A stretch of 64,000 nucleotides of DNA from contig NC_043001.1 in NCBI RefSeq assembly GCF_006345805.1, forward strand, positions 53,196,001 to 53,260,000, in the 5' to 3' direction. Positions 1 to 14,329 of the stretch are shown here, piece after piece. The notes under the pieces were generated by a model. It was not told where the DNA came from, made no database searches, and saw nothing but the letters and a program-made list of their open reading frames with translations. The DNA is from Octopus sinensis (taxonomy: Eukaryota). Within the stretch, counting starts at the first letter, position 1, and each line of letters starts with the position of its first letter. Position numbers and translations under genes: made by a program.

Positions 1-46
1 AGAGCAGAAGCGTGGTCTATAAATGCTTATCAATTAGAAGTGCTGA

Positions 47-99
<53 letters not shown>

Positions 100-278
100 G
101 ATCTAGCTTTAAGTTTAAAGTTTAAAATTCCTTTTAACTGGTTTTCATCAATAAGACAAGTCATGTTTTTTGCTTTATATTAATATTGTTACATTTTATT
201 GAATTATTTACTGTTAATATGAATATATTTATATATTTATTCTTTTATTGTAATATCTAAATTTATTTATATTATTTG

Positions 279-380
279 TTTACCTGAAGTGTGGCTAAAT
301 ATTTAAAACTTAAATTGATATTAAATTCTAATTTTAATATTATTGATTTATATGTTTAGTCATGAAACGCGCGTAGTTAA
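279..380 (+). ncRNA. Degenerate type I hammerhead ribozyme (family A)
   Basis: tttac-CTGAAGT(A9>U)-GTGGCTAAA...TTTAGTCAT (9-bp stem II)-GAAA-C GCGC G-T-A-gttaa. The stem II start (GTGGC) resembles that of the copy at 29212-29310. Confidence 0.55.
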
Positions 381-529
381 TTTAATGTTTGATTGTTATA
401 AGTTTTTACAATAATAATTATAAGATATTTGATTAATTTCTAACTGGTTATTATAGATAATATCCTTTCACTATTGATAGAATAAGTAATAGCTGCTCAT
501 CTTAAAATTGTATATATATATATATATAT

Positions 530-588
<59 letters not shown>

Positions 589-671
589 CATATATAATAT
601 TGTGAATTTTGATTTAGTTGTGCTAAGTTGAAATTTATTTCCCTGTTAGCTTGGAACTATTACATTCCCTA

Positions 672-708
<37 letters not shown>

Positions 709-971
709 AATAATGAGGGAGATAAATTAATGTTAATTTTAATATCAATTTAAAACCAGTAGTATATCATACAAAAAATCTGAGAAATCAGAGAAAATTC
801 TAATATATGTGTATATTGGCAGGGCAAGACTGCTAGGTAGTCGGCCGTATGCTAGAAATAAATCATCAACGATCAAACTACAAAGAAAGTTCTCTAGAGG
901 AAAAATTCAGCGAACACCAGAACCAAATTTGGCGGGCAGGACAGATGAAAATTTATATAAAAAACAATTAA

Positions 972-1046
972 TTGCATACCTCCTTTTCGGCCTTTAACAA
1001 AAGAATTACTTACATAATTCAAATGTCCGTGACCTCATCAGTACAA
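972..1046 (-). ncRNA. Type I hammerhead ribozyme, family B copy 1 (stem III mutated)
   Basis: Minus strand: TTGTA-CTGATGA-GGTC...GGCC-GAAA-AGGAG-GT-A-TGCAA. Confidence 0.65.
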
Positions 1047-1519
1047 TCGTTCAGTGTAAATGCCATCTGAAAAATTAACCCCAGCTTTCTGTGCCAAGAC
1101 AGACACGTGCTTAGTTTTACCGATTACGTTAGGGATAAAATTTCAAATGTCTTAGTTCCGGCGTGCTAAAGAATTCCTGAAGCGAAGAACTGTAGTAAAT
1201 AATTCACTGCGGTTTAGTGTTTGCTACTAGAGAACGTATTTATTTCAATATTTAGATAATGAGGGAGATAAATTAATATTAATTTTAATATCAAATTAAA
1301 AACAGTAGTCTAGCATACAAAAAATCTGAGAAATCAGAGAAAATTCTAATATATGTGTATATTGGCAGGGCAAGACTGCTAGGTAGTCGGCCTTATGCTA
1401 GAAATAGATCATCAACGATCAAACTACAAAGAAAGTTCTCTAGAGACAAAATTCAGCGAACACCAGAACCAAATTTGGCGGACAGGACAGATGAAAATTT
1501 ATATAAAAAACAGAATTAA

Positions 1520-1594
1520 TTGCATACCTCGGTTTCGGCCTTTAACAAAAGAATTAGTTAAATAATTCAAATATCCGTGGCCTCATCAGTACAA
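1520..1594 (-). ncRNA. Type I hammerhead ribozyme, family B copy 2 (canonical)
   Basis: Minus strand: TTGTA-CTGATGA-GGCC...GGCC-GAAA-C CGAG G-T-A-TGCAA. All three stems pair and the cleavage triplet is GUA. Confidence 0.85.
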
Positions 1595-1743
1595 TCGTTC
1601 AGTGTAAATGCAATCCGAAAACTAACCCCAGGTTTCTGTGCCAAGACAGACACGTGCTTAGTTTTACCGATTACATTAGGGATAAAATTTCAAACGTCTT
1701 AGTTCTAGCATACGGCCGACTACCTAGCAGTCTTGCCCTGCCA

Positions 1744-1811
<68 letters not shown>

Positions 1812-2433
1812 TTAAATAGACGTACAAATATTTCTACTGTTTCGAATACTAAACGTTGCAATTGCAACCCTACTATTATATTGCTCCAGCTTCTTCAGGG
1901 TCTTCACTTTAATATACTTTGATTTAATTCTTTAAAGTCTTTCGCTTATGTACTCTATGTTGTATGATGTGGAGTTGTTCGTTAATTCAGTCAAACGCAA
2001 AATATCTTCAAGTGTTGATTGGATAATCACTTGTAGCCAGTAATTTCGAAACATCCTGTTGTTTTATTGTTTATTGCTCATTTATATTGAGCAAAGGTAA
2101 CTTTCGTCATATGCATGCGTTTTAAAAATTGTTCCTGTCTAGAAATTATTATATTACCCTTAGATGTAAAAGTTCGGTAAGGTTCTTCTAAACACCATTC
2201 ACATTTATTAGCTCCTGGTCGGTATGGTTTTGCAGTACTTATTGATTGCCAGTTGATAGTATAGTCTTTAATATATCAGGTTAGCTTACTTGTTTAGAAT
2301 CTTTTATTTTTATCTCTAAATCTACCTAAGTGATTAACCAGTCTCTTTTTGAAAATTAATTCTGCTGCGCCGAGGTAAAATTATTTGTTGCATTCTGATG
2401 TAACATTACATCTATATATTACACATTTAGTTT

Positions 2434-2487
<54 letters not shown>

Positions 2488-4714
2488 ATACATGCTCACA
2501 TATATATGTGTTGTTGTGGTTGTTGCTGTTGTTGTGTATGTGTGTATGTGTGAGAGTACGTGTGTATGTGTGTCAGTGAAGAAACTTTTATACAATAAGA
2601 ATTGTTTTAAGCTGGCATTTGATATTTTAGTTATTGCCTTATGAATTAGTCTATCTGTGAATGAAGAAGCTTCATTTAAATTACCCCAATGAGCATCATT
2701 TTATGCTTTATCTTGAACTCTCCCAAGTTTCCTATACTGTGGAACATGGCGTTCTCCGTTACAACAACCTCGCAGACAATGTTTATATTATTCTCCTATG
2801 AAGTATATATCTTTATTTGAAATTTCCTTATAATTTACTTCGCTGGAAGCATTCCAGGAGAAATCCTCTTATATACCTGACATGATTATGTAACAAATGA
2901 TGGTTTATTGGATCGACTTCACATCATACATACTTTCATTTTAGCTTTACATTAAGATACTTGAAATTTATTTTATACAAACTGAAACACATTTTACATT
3001 ATATCTGCTAAATAACTGGTGTAATTCTTTGCCTTACAGGAAATCGATATGTTATAAACAGAAAATAGTCAGCTATGATGGTTTTCAAAACCAAACTTAA
3101 TGGTTATATTGTAGTTGAATTGCTGAAATATATACTATCATATTATATTCTTTAATTTTTTATCCTTTTATTTTAATCAATTTGATACAGTTTAAAATTC
3201 TAAGTTTAGTCTATGCGTCATATGAAGTGTAAATAAACAGATATTATTCGCAAAACTTGAATATATAGTTAAAGCTTCGAAATACTGGATTTGTTAAATA
3301 TTGCTATATCTTGTCTTCCCTGTCACAGTAACATCGTTATGATAGTTCTTGCGATAGTTCATCGTCTTCGTACAGGCCCATGTTCACATACGTACTTTCA
3401 AGGATATGTACGAAAACTGGTATGTTCCTGTATTTCTGAATATATCCATGATGTTGATATAATAGTATTGGATATTTTATTGAATTGTATATTACGATCA
3501 TCATTTGAAAAGATATTGTTTTTGATATTTCACTGGCTGCAAACCTCTTTCCAGTATATTATACATAGACAATAAATTATATTGAAAAGCCTCGAAATGC
3601 CAGATGTGTCAATGGTAATGCTGAACGCCTATCAATGTTATACATCAAACATCCTATCAAAATGAAATACTAGTTAACGACTGAAAGATAGTTTACGGAA
3701 TATTCATAATAAAACTGAAGCTGTCAATGGCAGTTCTATTCTATACATAAGTTACAGAGGCAATAAACTTAAAATGGTCCAGAAACTGATAATCTAGTCA
3801 TCGTTGGAATCCCATGTGTGCTACTAAAAATCAGTATACAATACTATATTCTAAGAGTTGTTATGATCAATAATATTACATGAAAGTCATATTATATTAA
3901 ATATATTGATATTTATTCATATATATTCGGGAGAGTTATACGATATTGGATTATATTTGTATGCAGGATAAGATTCGACTTGAAAGAAATTGGCCGATGC
4001 GAGTTTCCGAGCTATTTATTTGCCTAAAATTTAATTCATAAAAGCGATTTGCATTTCATAACAACAAAACACTTGAAAGATCAAAACGTCGTACCACTTT
4101 AATGGTATAGAATTATATCTCCACAAAATACCTGCTGTCATTAACGTTATATGTTTCACTAATGAAATAAGGTTTGAAGAATTCCATCTTAAAAATACAT
4201 AACGTTCCCATCTATCACCTCTAGTAGGCATCGGTGTAAAATGTATACTCTATAGAAAGACCTTTCAGAACTTCAACATTCAGAAGAAAGAATATCCTAA
4301 AAATCTACACAATGAATATTCGATTACGTTCTCAACATCAAGCAAAATATTTATATATTGTATGCTAGTGCATTAGTATAATCTCATGTGGCAACATAGA
4401 AGCTTTACAAAAGAAATATATATTACATAAGAAATTTTGGAAAGAAAATACGTAAAAAACATAGGTATGCAGACAGATTCTTTCTCCGTAATATTCATTT
4501 TGGCATAAGTAATTACTCTCACAATGCTCTGATTCGGTCTGCTGTATGCAATCAGATACTCGAAACAGATCAACATATGCTATGTCAAATAGGAAGTTTA
4601 GGCAAATGAGGAAGAAAAAATGGCTACGTACAAAATATACACGAATGTAAAGCATTCTTTCTTGCATCGTCTACCTCTCTCTCTCTCCCTCTTTCTCTCT
4701 CTGTTTGTATATAT

Positions 4715-4761
<47 letters not shown>

Positions 4762-4788
4762 TCGCACACACATACATATATATATATA

Positions 4789-5803
4789 CAGGGGTTGGAC
4801 AAAATAATGGAAACACTTTAAAATTAATTTTAATATGAGGTAGGACCGCCTTTGGCAGTAATTTCAGCTTGAATTTTACGAGGTATGGACTCGTACGCAG
4901 TTTCAATTGTTTCCAAAAGAATTGTTGTCCTTTATTCAGCTAAAGAAGTCAATGGTTGTTGTAGAGAGGATGGTGGAGGATATCGATTCCTTACTTCTTT
5001 TTCTAAAATGTACCATGAATGTTCAATAACATTGAAATCTGGGGACTGTGGTGGCCGGATAAGATGTTCAACTTCACTAGAATGTTCCTCGTGCCATTCA
5101 GTAACAATTGTAGCTGTATGAGTAGGTACATTATCATCTTGAAAGATTGCCTTTCCCTCCAGAAACAGTTCCGCAACCACAGGATGAATATGATCAGATA
5201 AAATGCTTACATCGTCTTGACTATTCATTCTGCCATGAACGGAAACTATTGGGCTGGCGGATTTCCAATATATAACTCCCCACTCCCCGATCATCACAGG
5301 TCCTCCTCCATGTTTAACAGTTGGAAGAATGCAGTCTGGATCAAATACTTCTTTCCGATGGTCAGAAATAAGGTAAAGGATGATTCGTCCGAGAAAACAA
5401 CGTTCTTCCACTGCTCAAGGGACGAATCTGTAGGTTTTTACTCTACTCTAAACGCTTTGCAGCATTTGTTTTTGAAAGAAATGGTTTTCTGATTGCAGCC
5501 CTCCCGTGTAATCCGGCTTTATAGAGCTCCTGGAGAACATTTTTTTGAGGAAACCGGGTTCTCAAGGTGGTTATTAAGCTCTGCAGTAATTTTGGGAGCT
5601 GTAATTTTGTGATCCTTTTTGACAATTCATGTAACTGTCTGAAAATTTTTGTTTTCTTCTGGAGTCTTGTTTCGACGAAACATTAAGCAACACTAATAAT
5701 AAATCAAAAACCATAAAAATAAAGGAACTCTTGACGGTTTTATAGCTATTTCAAAATTATGATGCTATGCTGTTAGGTGTTTCATTATCTTGTCTAACCC
5801 CTA
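4789..5803 (-). mobile_element. Tc1-family DNA transposon, degenerate and internally deleted
   Basis: TIRs CAGGGGTTGGACAAAATAATGGAAACAC / GTGTTTCATTATCTTGTCTAACCCCT within TA. ORF 4932-5411 has VKHGGG, FQDDN..H and SPDFNVIEH (DDE) motifs. ORF 5443-5625 is a Tc3-type HTH region. Confidence 0.92.
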
Positions 5804-6338
5804 TATATATATATTTATATACACACATATATGTGTGGTTGCGTGTCTGTGTCTGTATATGCTTATGTTTATATGTGTGTATATTAAATAGTGCATTTAT
5901 GCATATACAAATATATGCATTATGCATATTTATGGACGCATAAGGTACACATATTTATGCCTGTATTTCTTCTTTGCAAATGCTAAAGGAGAAACACAAC
6001 ATATAAATTATAATATTTAAGTGCTACATTAGAGTAGTAGTTATCTATAAGTGTGTGTGTGTCTATTTATGTATATGTCTGTGTATGTTTGTGTCTATAT
6101 GTGTATTTATGCGTGATGATTCATAGAATATTAGTATGAAGACTTGTCAAAGGGAAATATCCTTTTATTTTTCAAATACACATGTCATCTCACAATGAGA
6201 GTAAACATGATGTTAAAATAATTTAGATAAAACAATGAATTATGTCATTGTAATAACAATGATCATTACAGATTCGAAGGAATGATAATTCTCCGACTTC
6301 ATTCGTTAGAAACCATAGAGAAAAGAGTACGGTTGAAG

Positions 6339-6657
6339 TACACCTCCTCGACTTACGGCCTATGCGACTTTCTAGCATCCGTACTTTCGACCACAAAAAT
6401 AAATAGCAAAATAAAAATATATAAATAAAACATCAATTTTCGAACGTTGAGTAGCTACGCGTTCGATAACCATGACAGCTCCTGCCAACGCAAGTCTCCC
6501 TGAGACCCACTGTCAATCACTGTCTCTTACTGAATCGCATTTAAGTATCATTTACGTTTAATGAAAATAGTAAAATATAAACCTGACATACGACCAGTTA
6601 GATTTAACAATCTGTCAGTTGGAACGGAACTCGGTCGTAAGTCGAGGGGAATGTGTA
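6339..6657. mobile_element. Tc1/pogo-type MITE
   Basis: Imperfect TIRs TACACCTCCTCGACTTACGGCC and GGTCGTAAGTCGAGGGGAATGTGTA, with TA ends and no ORF. Confidence 0.6.
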
Positions 6658-6689
6658 TATGCAGTGGGGCGCTGTAGGACGAAATTTTA

Positions 6690-7065
6690 GCTATTTGGTA
6701 AGAAGCTTACTTCTCAACCACGTCGTTCTGGCTTCAGACTCAATGCATGTAACCTTGCGTAAATAACTCGTACTATCAGCTCGGGTCGACCAAATCCTTG
6801 AGGGTGGATTTGGTAGTAGAAAACAGAAAGAAGCCAGTCATGTATATAAACACACACATAAGCACACACACAGATGTATATTTGCGTGTCTAAGACAACC
6901 GGTGTTGTGTCTATGTCCCTGTAACGTAGCGAATCAGCAAAAAAGACCGGTAGGATAAGCACTAGGCTTTAAAAAAGTTATATCCTGTGGTCTATTTGCT
7001 TCTCAAAACCACATCAAGGCAGTGTTCCAGCATGGCTGTAGTCAAATGAATGAAAGAAGTAAATA
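6690..7065 (+). mobile_element. tRNA-derived SINE (CORE-like family with internal CA/TG tract), degenerate
   Basis: Degenerate tRNA-like head (ggtaagaagcttacttctcaaccac...ggcttcagactc) followed by a body typical of cephalopod SINEs. A fragment of the same body occurs near 52080-52170. Confidence 0.5.
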
Positions 7066-7684
7066 TTACAGTGCCATATGCTTTCAAACGTGGTAGACTG
7101 AGGTATGTACAGAATATCTAAGTATTATGGTCTCATCATTTAAAAAATATATATTGTTATTTGAATTATATTTGAAATTATCTGTATGCAATTAGTCTGA
7201 TTCTGTAAATTCTAATTCTCTCAGAATTGATGCAGGAAGATCAAATCTGAAAATAGAAAGATCAAATCTGAAAAAAAACTGCTTTCCTCTGTTAGTTGAA
7301 AAAAAAGCAGTTTACCTAAAATTTTGGTAAAAATGTTACCGAGGGTTATTTAATATTGATAGCCGTGTCAACATTCAATTATCAGAAAAAATAAATATAT
7401 AAATAAGCTTAAATAAAATGAGAAATGAAACATATAAAAGGAAGAAACTAAGATTAAAAATAAAGGCATTTCAGCTAATAGCACATGACTATGGTGTATG
7501 AAGAGAATACCACAAAGAATATATATTCTTCATGGGTGGAATTCAATAAACCGCGTAACACAATGCAGAATTACCGATGTTAAATTTCAATATATATGTG
7601 TGTGTTTGTGTGTGTGTTAAATAAAATGAGACAACAAAACCAACGCTGTGTGGACTCTTCAGGACATATATAAAGTGAAAGTTA

Positions 7685-7732
7685 GTCTTACAGCTCTTTC
7701 TGGAATATTAGGGATTTCCCTTTATCAGAGAC
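7685..7732 (-). ncRNA. Decayed hammerhead-like motif in a PLE 3' region
   Basis: GTCT-CTGATAA-AGGGA...TTCCA-GAAA-GAGCTG-T-A-AGAC. Stem I pairs; G8 and stem III are mutated. Confidence 0.4.
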
Positions 7733-7949
7733 GATGTGATACGGTTAAATAGAGGGAATTATTAGAGTTCAATATACGGAGTTATATTGGAAAAGGAAAC
7801 GAATAATGTGTATGGAGGGAAAGAGGAGAATGGATGTAGAAATAAAAAGTAAAATGTATAAGTTATAGTTGCAGTTCCATTATCCAAGGAAAGTGATGTG
7901 TAAAAGTAGCAGAAATGCTTCTTGTCCGTGGTATGTAAATTCCAATAGG

Positions 7950-8808
7950 AGTTCATATATTTTCATCACAATGGAAAGTTTGGAGATGTAGTGTCGTGTG
8001 GTGTGAATGAAAATTTAAGAATGTAGTGGCAGTATTAAGTGGAGAGAGAGGGGAGAAGAAAAGTGTATGTTAAAATGAAGAGACATGTCAAACGAAAATG
8101 TGAGGAAAGAAAAGGTTAAGAAAGAGAAAGAGAAAATAAAATTAATAAAAAGTGTAAGAAAGTGAAAAAATGTGAAAAAAGAGTATGTGTTGGTGGTCCA
8201 GATAATATGATGGGATGGAAGTGGAGTAGGGGAGGGGTACGAAGAGATAAGAATGTAAGTAGTAAATAAGTGTAAAGTTTGTGAGTTGGGGTAGCATGTT
8301 AGAATGACACTAAAGGACAGGTACAGAAAAAAACAATAGGAGGGGTGTTTTGAAAGTGAGTAGTAAACTACAAAACGGAAGAGGAAAATACTATGACTGG
8401 TCAAGTTTGTATAAATAGAATTTTGTGTTTATTCTACTGGCTAATGTGAGTATGGTTAGAAGAATCAGACAGAAAGCAAGAAGTGTATATCGATTTATGC
8501 ACGCGCGCATATATGTACATATAAGTGTACGTGTATGCATTATCATATAGGCCTGCGTACATGTGTATTTAAACCCGTAGGAATACATGCATATATACCC
8601 GCATACATACATATAGGTATACACTCGTATACATATACATACATACGCATGCATGCATACACACATATATACACACATACATATTCATACATATATATAT
8701 GCACACACACGCATACCCATAAATACATGCATATACGCATATTAGTGCGTACATATAAACGCATACAGGCATACGTACACACATGTACACGCAAAAACAC
8801 ACATGCAT

Positions 8809-8843
<35 letters not shown>

Positions 8844-9830
8844 CATATATATATACATATACATACGCACATACATCTGCATACGTACGCATACGCATAC
8901 CCATGTCCATGTATGTAGTATTAATGGAAAGTCAAATAGGCTTGTTGTGGATTACCTGAGTGTGTTCGGGATATGAGCTATGTGGTAATTTAAATTGCAT
9001 TTAGATTTGTTGTAAAATTTGAATGTATGAAAAAAACGGTAGTTTCATGTACCAAGGGCCTCATTATATTTATTTAGTAGTATTGAAGAGTTGTGTTTTA
9101 ATATGTTGAGTGCCTCTTTTAGGCGTAACTTACAGGCTGAGCGTTAAGCTTGGTATATAAGCCCTGAATCTATTATGGACCATGACAAGTTGCAGGGAAT
9201 ATTTCTGTTTCTGAGTTGATGTATGTGACTGGGGAGTGTTGTGGAATTCTATGTATTTCATATGTAAAAGAATTGAGATGCGCAGCGTATCGCTGTTTAA
9301 AATTTGTATTTGATCTTATATATATGGTTGTAGAATTGTGTAACGTGTTGAAGACGGTGCATTTATAAATTACACTACACCTTCTGCAATGAGTTATTGA
9401 GGACAGATGGTCCCCAACGGCAGTTGCATCTTAGTGCACCGTGGGGATTGTTCTCAAGAATGGAGGGGTTAATATTGTCTGAGATGAGGTTAGAGATTGG
9501 AGTAGATTGTTCTATGTTGTTAACATTATTTTTACTCCTATCATTACAATTTCTATCGTTGTTGGTATTTATCCTGTCTGTAATTGTGGTGGAAGTTGTA
9601 GTTGTAGTATTCTGGTTAGTGCTAGTGGGATTGGTAGGGTTTCCGTTGTGGTCTAAAGTATAGGGTTCGATATTGGAGCTATATATTAGGCGGTCGTATA
9701 TTCAGAGTTGCTACAGTGTAAGTTTTGATAATAGAGGAGAAAGTTTTCATGTATTAGAGGCTGTTATGATAGACTGAAATTTGGGCGGGGAGGAGTAGTA
9801 TATCTTTAAGTAGTATAGCTTTATTATAGC
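7950..9830 (-). mobile_element. Penelope-like element remnant (GIY-YIG endonuclease and pyrimidine-rich 3' tail, interrupted by a CA/TA microsatellite)
   Basis: Manual minus-strand translation of ~9400-9050, with a frameshift: VIYKCTV...TIYIRSNTNFKQRYAAHLNSF...TTLPSHIHQLRNRNIPCNLSWSII...ACKLRLKEALNIL...LLNK. Confidence 0.75.
8490..8915. repeat. Compound (CA/TA/CATA) microsatellite
   Basis: Seen directly; it is the source of the spurious HTY/CVY ORFs. Confidence 0.95.
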
Positions 9831-11074
9831 TTTCAAAGACAAAGTAATATTTATATTGACGAGGGAAGTTGGAGTCCATTATATCAAAATATATATAAAT
9901 AATCAGTACAGGATTTAACTTATTAAGCGAAGTTCAACAAATTCATTCATATTTATGTCATAGAGGTGATTAGATGTTAGAATGGATTGAAACGTTTATT
10001 TTTCATGTCGCAATACAATTTGGTTCGTACAAAACGAGTCAGATATTTATAAATAGAAAATCGCATATGTGCGTGTGCGTGTGGGGGTGGCAGGGTGTGT
10101 AGCGTGTGCATTTATATGTTTATATTCCAGTAGCCCTGCATTTGTATATTTATATTTTTTCCGAAACAGTATTAAATTAAGATAGTCATCAATGTATCAC
10201 AATTAATGTCATAAGACTGCCAAAAGCATGTTGCAGTTTATGATATATCATTGATTACGTTAGTTCATTTTCAGAACACTGTCATAAGGACCTGTTGCAT
10301 ATTTTACCATATCTTTCTATTAGGGATTCGAATAGATGAATAAAAAAACAAAGCAGTAGTTCGTTAAATTCTAAAGAGAGAATACTTGTAATGAAACATA
10401 TAGAAAGGCAATATATTCATATTTAAACATGAATGATACACAATAGTCATGTGAATCTATATATTTCCTTCTTCGAATCTGTGAAATGTGTAACTGGAAA
10501 TAATTGACCAATAAATAATTACAAAGCAATAAAATGCATGGAAATAGCGTTCCGTTGGTAGGAAGAAAGTGTTGCTGCTTTACCATTCTTTGTTGTGCCA
10601 CTTACTATCAAATTTACAGCTTTTGTAACCACAGTAACAGCTTCCGTACACAAAGGACTGAATATTTATATACTTTACATAATTTCATTAAGCAATTAAG
10701 ACAAATATGTTGGGGAGACATTACTTTCAAAGTGTAATATCTTATTTCAGATTATTAACGTCAAGTAATTTTCACGTTGACAGGTGATATCGCACACATT
10801 TAAACGTATAAACAGCACGTAACACATTACAAACTGGAAACTAATTTGGATATTCTGGGAATTGTTATACGCAGCAAACAAAAGTAGGCAGAAAATCTCC
10901 ACACAATATACATCTACAACGCTTCACAAACTTTCATCTCATAACGTATTATCTGTTATCAACATTCTGATGTCAATATACGAACACCAATTGAAAAATC
11001 TGCTACAATATTCAAAGGTAACGCACATACTACAAATAATGGGAAGTTTCACATAAGATTATTTGCTAAGTATC

Positions 11075-11255
11075 TAAATGCTTAGCGGTATTTCGTCCGG
11101 ATTACGTCCTGAGCCCAAATTCCACCGAAGTCGACTTTGCTTTTTATGGTTTTGAGGTTGATGAAATAAATACCTGTTACGTATTGGGGTTCATGTAATT
11201 GACTTACCCCTTCTCGCCACAAGTTTAGGGTCTTATGCCTATATTAGAAAGAAAT
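11075..11255 (+). mobile_element. Octopus-type tRNA-derived SINE, degenerate
   Basis: aaatgcttagcggtatttcgtc...aaattccaccgaagtcgactttgc...; homologous to the copies at 26.4, 46.4, 54.5, 58.5, 59.5 and 63.4 kb. Confidence 0.7.
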
Positions 11256-13249
11256 GTTTTTAATACAAGTCAGAGCGGAAAACACAAATGAGAAGGGTTA
11301 ATGTATTAAGATGCAATATATAAAGCAATGTTCAAATCTTTGGTATAAAATAATATTTGCTAATATTTCTCAACTACTTAAATTTGGTTAATGTCTAGAT
11401 TCCAACGTTTAGAATTATGTGAAATGAACCTAAATCATAACCAAATTTTTGTCTCCGAGAAACGTAATTCATATATCTTCGTTATTTAATATTCTGTTTA
11501 AATATTAGTAAAATTGTGTTATTATTGTTAATATTTTGTTTATTTACTCGTATCACACACAAATTATATGACAATCTTTTTAATGTGATTTATTGACGAG
11601 GATACAGGTAAATATTTACATTTATATATTATCTCTAGATATTAACCACTGAGATTTGCCTTTAGGCACACTACTACAAACAGTCATTATAGAATATCAT
11701 ACACAACGTACAGCGTTGTCATTTAAGCAGCTGTCGTCTAGATTATTACAGAAACACACTGTAAAGTAATGCTCTCGAAAATATCGGCAATAACATACAG
11801 AAAACTTCAAATGTGTTTATGTTGGTTGAATATAAACAACTTATAAAACACCGGAGAAATTAGAAATGAAGTTCGTGAGTGCCTCAATTCAATAAATTTT
11901 AAAATGAAACTGATTACTTTATTTACGGATTATGATTATTAGAATGACATTAATTATAAGTTTGAAAAAATTTTAAAGAATAATCAATGGGGAAATGTTT
12001 TTAATTCACATGAATTAATATCAAATCCATATCATATTTTTTTCAGTTTTACATAGGATGGAAGGTTGAAGAGAGATGTACACACGATGTTTATATGCAC
12101 TAAATTTAAGGGAAATATACTGTCATTATTATTCATATTTGACATAGAAAATTATATAATTCGGAAACATCTGTCAATCACAAATAATATTGGCAAATGA
12201 TACCTATTCATTCTAAGTTTCAATCTTACGTATGCTTGCGATAAAATATAGCTCTGATCATTACTTACTCATATCACTCAAGTTTTAACGCTTATAGAGT
12301 AAATTCGTCTCAAACATGTCTGACGATACTTTTAGGTGGTGCTTGTATTACGCACAATATATGCCATAACTTATAAGTGTGATCTTCTATTTTTTGGAGA
12401 AGAGTTGCTTTGCTGAAAGGCTACAATACAAAAATGGCTTAGGCTTAGTAGTTCACGCTGCATGAAATTTACTAAGTTACTTCGCGTAAGTCCATAACAT
12501 TCTTGACAGAATACTTAACTTGAAAACTGAAAACCATGTACCTGTATTGTAACGTATTATATTCTAAAGTCTATAGAACATTGCTCGCCCAATACTGTTA
12601 CTCGCATATGATGCACATGATATATTTTAATGTGTTGCTCATATTAAAAAGCTCCAAAGCGAATATGGTATTTGTTTTATGATTTCCTATCTTTGCCATC
12701 ACTCATAATGCAAACATTTGACGGAGGCCAAGCTTTACGTCACGGTGATGTGAAGATACTGCAGTTGGGACGGAAGTACGTCAATAGGAATATTGGTTGA
12801 AAGATTGAGAAATCAATTGTGTGATAGCACGGAAGTAAGACATTCTTTTCTTTCTAAAGAACATAAACAAACAACAGGTGTATAATGCATTAGTGTACGT
12901 TTGGAAAAAGATATTACGCACATTTCAAGTGTTCAAATTATCATTACGTGCATGTGGTTTGGCCTTTAAGATCGATATTTCACTATATTTGTCGTATTTC
13001 ATATTGCTATCATTTAAACTGATTATAACGAAACCTTTCACCAGCCACATTAAAACATTCATCAAACAATATTAAACTTGCTACTTCGTCAGTTTCGAAA
13101 AACGTTCACAAACATTTATAAATAAGACGGAAATATAAACGTTCATGATATTGCAGTCTACCAGCAAGAATAACAGTCGTCCATACATGTTTACTGACTG
13201 AAATCTTGGCGCTAATTTTAAATGAAATACTCCTATATATAAATGGTAT

Positions 13250-13410
13250 GTATGTATATGTGTATGTATGTATGTATGTATGTATGTATGTATGTATGTA
13301 TGTATGTATGTATGTATGTATGTATGCATGCATGCATGTATGTATGTATGTATGTATGTATGTGTGTATCTATGTATGTATGTATGTATGTGTGTATGTA
13401 TGTAAGTATG
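13250..13410. repeat. (ATGT)n tetranucleotide microsatellite
   Basis: Seen directly. Confidence 0.95.
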
Positions 13411-13609
13411 TTCGCATATTTTTAGCTTGATTTTCATAAAAACGTATTAACTATTTGGAAATATCTTAGGAAAACAGAATGACGAATCTTTTGGGAATTT
13501 CAGTTTTCGTAGTCTGTAAGCATAATTGTTTCAAACACACGTCTTAATGGTTAATCTGTAGAGAGGAATTTGTTTTAGTTCTGGTATTTATTACTTCCAG
13601 ATTAGTGTC

Positions 13610-14100
13610 GGATGTAGAATTCTTATAAAACATTCTTCTTTGTTTTCCGTAGATTATCATATTTTTCCTGTATTTTCTTTTGAAAAATAAAGTATTTTGC
13701 ATTTTACATTTGCGCAGCTATCTAGATGTTTTCCACATGGAGCTTTCCTCATTCATTGAAGATAATCTTTAATATCTTGTTTATATATTCTCATACGATT
13801 TATCAATTTTGATGCTGTTCGGCCGCTACAATTCTCAATGCATTGTGGTCATATGATGTAGTAAATGAGATATTTTGTTTGTGAATATAATTGGAATATT
13901 CCTAGTTGTATTATTATCTTTACCCTCACTGCAAGAGTTTCTTCGTATGGCATTGAAAAGGATTTCTTTTTTGTTTGCTTTAGGCATAATTTACCATATC
14001 ACGAAGGACTTTTGCGGAAAGTTTCGTCTTCTATATTTTTTCCAAAACGAAACATTATGGAAACCTATCACATGCGAGAAAAACAAAACAGCATTTCAAC
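13610..14100 (-). mobile_element. Penelope-like element GIY-YIG remnant (Neptune-like)
   Basis: Manual minus-strand translation: KYLIYYII*PQCIENCSGRTASKLINRMRIYKQDI...MRKAPCGKHLDSC...ENKEECFI; same motif order as the 29.8 kb and 49.5 kb remnants. Confidence 0.7.
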
Positions 14101-14329
14101 CTCCTACAAACAAGAATAAAGATTTAGAGAAATGTATAATGTGTCATAATGTGTTCATAATGTGTCCATAATGTAAGATCAGCAGGCTCAAGCATTCCAG
14201 CAAAACATATACAGGTTGAAAAGACCGCCTTCGTTCGTGAATGGCCTTGAGATTGTGCCGAGAATGTTACCCTCCGTGGCACAATTCAGGGGAATGTTTT
14301 TTTACGGAAGTCGAGCGGTCGCCCATGTA

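Larger units (their letters stand above)
705..1750 (-). mobile_element. Non-autonomous hammerhead-bearing element (family B): ~1.8 tandem 547-bp units plus a short inverted segment, bounded by (TA)n
   Basis: Direct repeat of 711-~1160 at 1258-~1705. Positions 1706-1750 are the reverse complement of ~1358-1402. (TA)n lies on both sides. Confidence 0.8.

Noticed and set aside
1900-4620. Possible decayed LRR/Toll-like receptor pseudogene (LxLSxN-like and hydrophobic fragments)
   Set aside because: The fragments are short, in different frames and full of stops; they cannot be distinguished from noise without a tBLASTn/HMM search.
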